The translations under genes and the position numbers were made by a program. Below, piece by piece: positions 35,574 through 36,180 of a DNA stretch of 36,180 nt. Numbering within the stretch: the stretch's first letter is position 1; every line of letters begins with the position of its first letter. Origin of the DNA: Candidatus Thorarchaeota archaeon SMTZ1-45 (GTDB lineage Archaea; Asgardarchaeota; Thorarchaeia; Thorarchaeales; Thorarchaeaceae). Location: NCBI GenBank assembly GCA_001563335.1, contig LRSL01000093.1:1-36180 (forward strand), written 5' to 3'. The notes beneath the pieces were generated by a model. The model searched no databases and was not told the origin of the DNA. It saw only the letters and a list, made by a program, of their open reading frames with translations.

Positions 35574-36180
35574 TTGTCAGATGATCTCAATGAACGACTC
35601 CGAGATAAAACAATACAGATTGTTTCGTTAAATCAGAAACTTGAAACTTTGCAAGCACAACTTGGAGGATCACAGAAAAGAGCAAATCAACTAGGTGATC
35701 AAGTTGCTCTACTCGAAGCGACCTTAGCTCAGAAGGACTCAGAGATCCAAATTCTCACATCAGAGCTATCAAGAACAAAGGGAGCACTCGGTGTGGTTGG
35801 AAAAGAGGTACAGGGAATGAAAGCTGAGCAAACACAGCAACTTTTGAAAAAAGCACCTAGTTCTAATGGATTTCTAATGAGAGAGGAATTGGCACTTTCA
35901 AAGCAAAGAATCGGTAGTTTAGAGGAAGATTTGAAACGTTTCTCTCGAGTTGCCACATTGGTCTTGAATGAGGAAAAAGGTGCTTTAGAAAAACTTCGAG
36001 AGGTCGTTCTTGAAGTTGGAGATCCAAAATATCGTATTTTGAATATGGTGTTAAATAGGAAATCTATGAGAATTGATGAAATCGCAGCTACTCTTGTATT
36101 AGATATTTCAAAAACGGTAGAGGTAGTTGATTCACTCCAGAATGCTGGAGAGGTTGAGGTTAAAGATGGGAGCATCGTTT
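35574..36180 (+). CDS. Coiled-coil plus wHTH protein (runs off the window edge)
   Basis: Not in the ORF track; translated by hand: MSDDLNERLRDKTIQIVSLNQKLETLQAQL...GDPKYRILNMVLNRKSMRIDEIAATLVLDISKTVEVVDSLQNAGEV, open to the end; alternative in-frame ATGs at 35550 and 35562. Confidence 0.8.
   Translation, partial: MSDDLNERLRDKTIQIVSLNQKLETLQAQLGGSQKRANQLGDQVALLEATLAQKDSEIQILTSELSRTKGALGVVGKEVQGMKAEQTQQLLKKAPSSNGFLMREELALSKQRIGSLEEDLKRFSRVATLVLNEEKGALEKLREVVLEVGDPKYRILNMVLNRKSMRIDEIAATLVLDISKTVEVVDSLQNAGEVEVKDGSIV

Noticed and set aside
35729-36175. 148-aa minus-strand ORF
   Set aside because: Ser/Phe-rich antisense shadow of the plus-strand coiled-coil gene.
1-36180. CRISPR arrays, tRNA/rRNA genes, transposases, integrases, DGR elements
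   Set aside because: No regularly spaced repeats, cloverleaf-like segments or mobile-element/RT motifs seen by eye; tRNAscan-SE and Rfam scans would be needed to fully exclude small RNAs.

Overview
Gene-dense window with about 33 CDS and no rRNA, tRNA, CRISPR array or mobile element. Archaeal-type RBS (GGAGG/GGTG), frequent TTG starts, a longin-wHTH gene, a PAC2 gene and an E2F/DP-like gene point to an Asgard archaeon, possibly Thorarchaeia (inference). Routine content: a split Dpp/Opp peptide ABC transporter, DUF92, an ECF S component, a stomatin/NfeD pair, a CPBP protease, a COG2403 GTPase, a PaaK-like ligase, MazG-like, tRNA-binding, PAC2 and TatD genes. Three things stand out. (1) A ~10.5 kb cluster (14.0-24.6 kb) with three paralogous Cdc48-N-like + vWA proteins (one MIDAS-intact, two MIDAS-degenerate), an amidohydrolase facing a pseudo-amidohydrolase fusion, a possible tandem-roadblock/coiled-coil protein, a eukaryote-type vWA-wHTH-Ig protein and a HEAT protein with UBM-like repeats; the Cdc48N-vWA order matches the N-terminus of eukaryotic DEPDC5/Iml1 (GATOR1). 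(2) A full-architecture E2F/DP-like transcription factor with a palindrome upstream. (3) A GCS2/YbdK carboxylate-amine ligase fused to ~670 aa of Ig-like domains. All family calls come from visual motif recognition; no database search was run.
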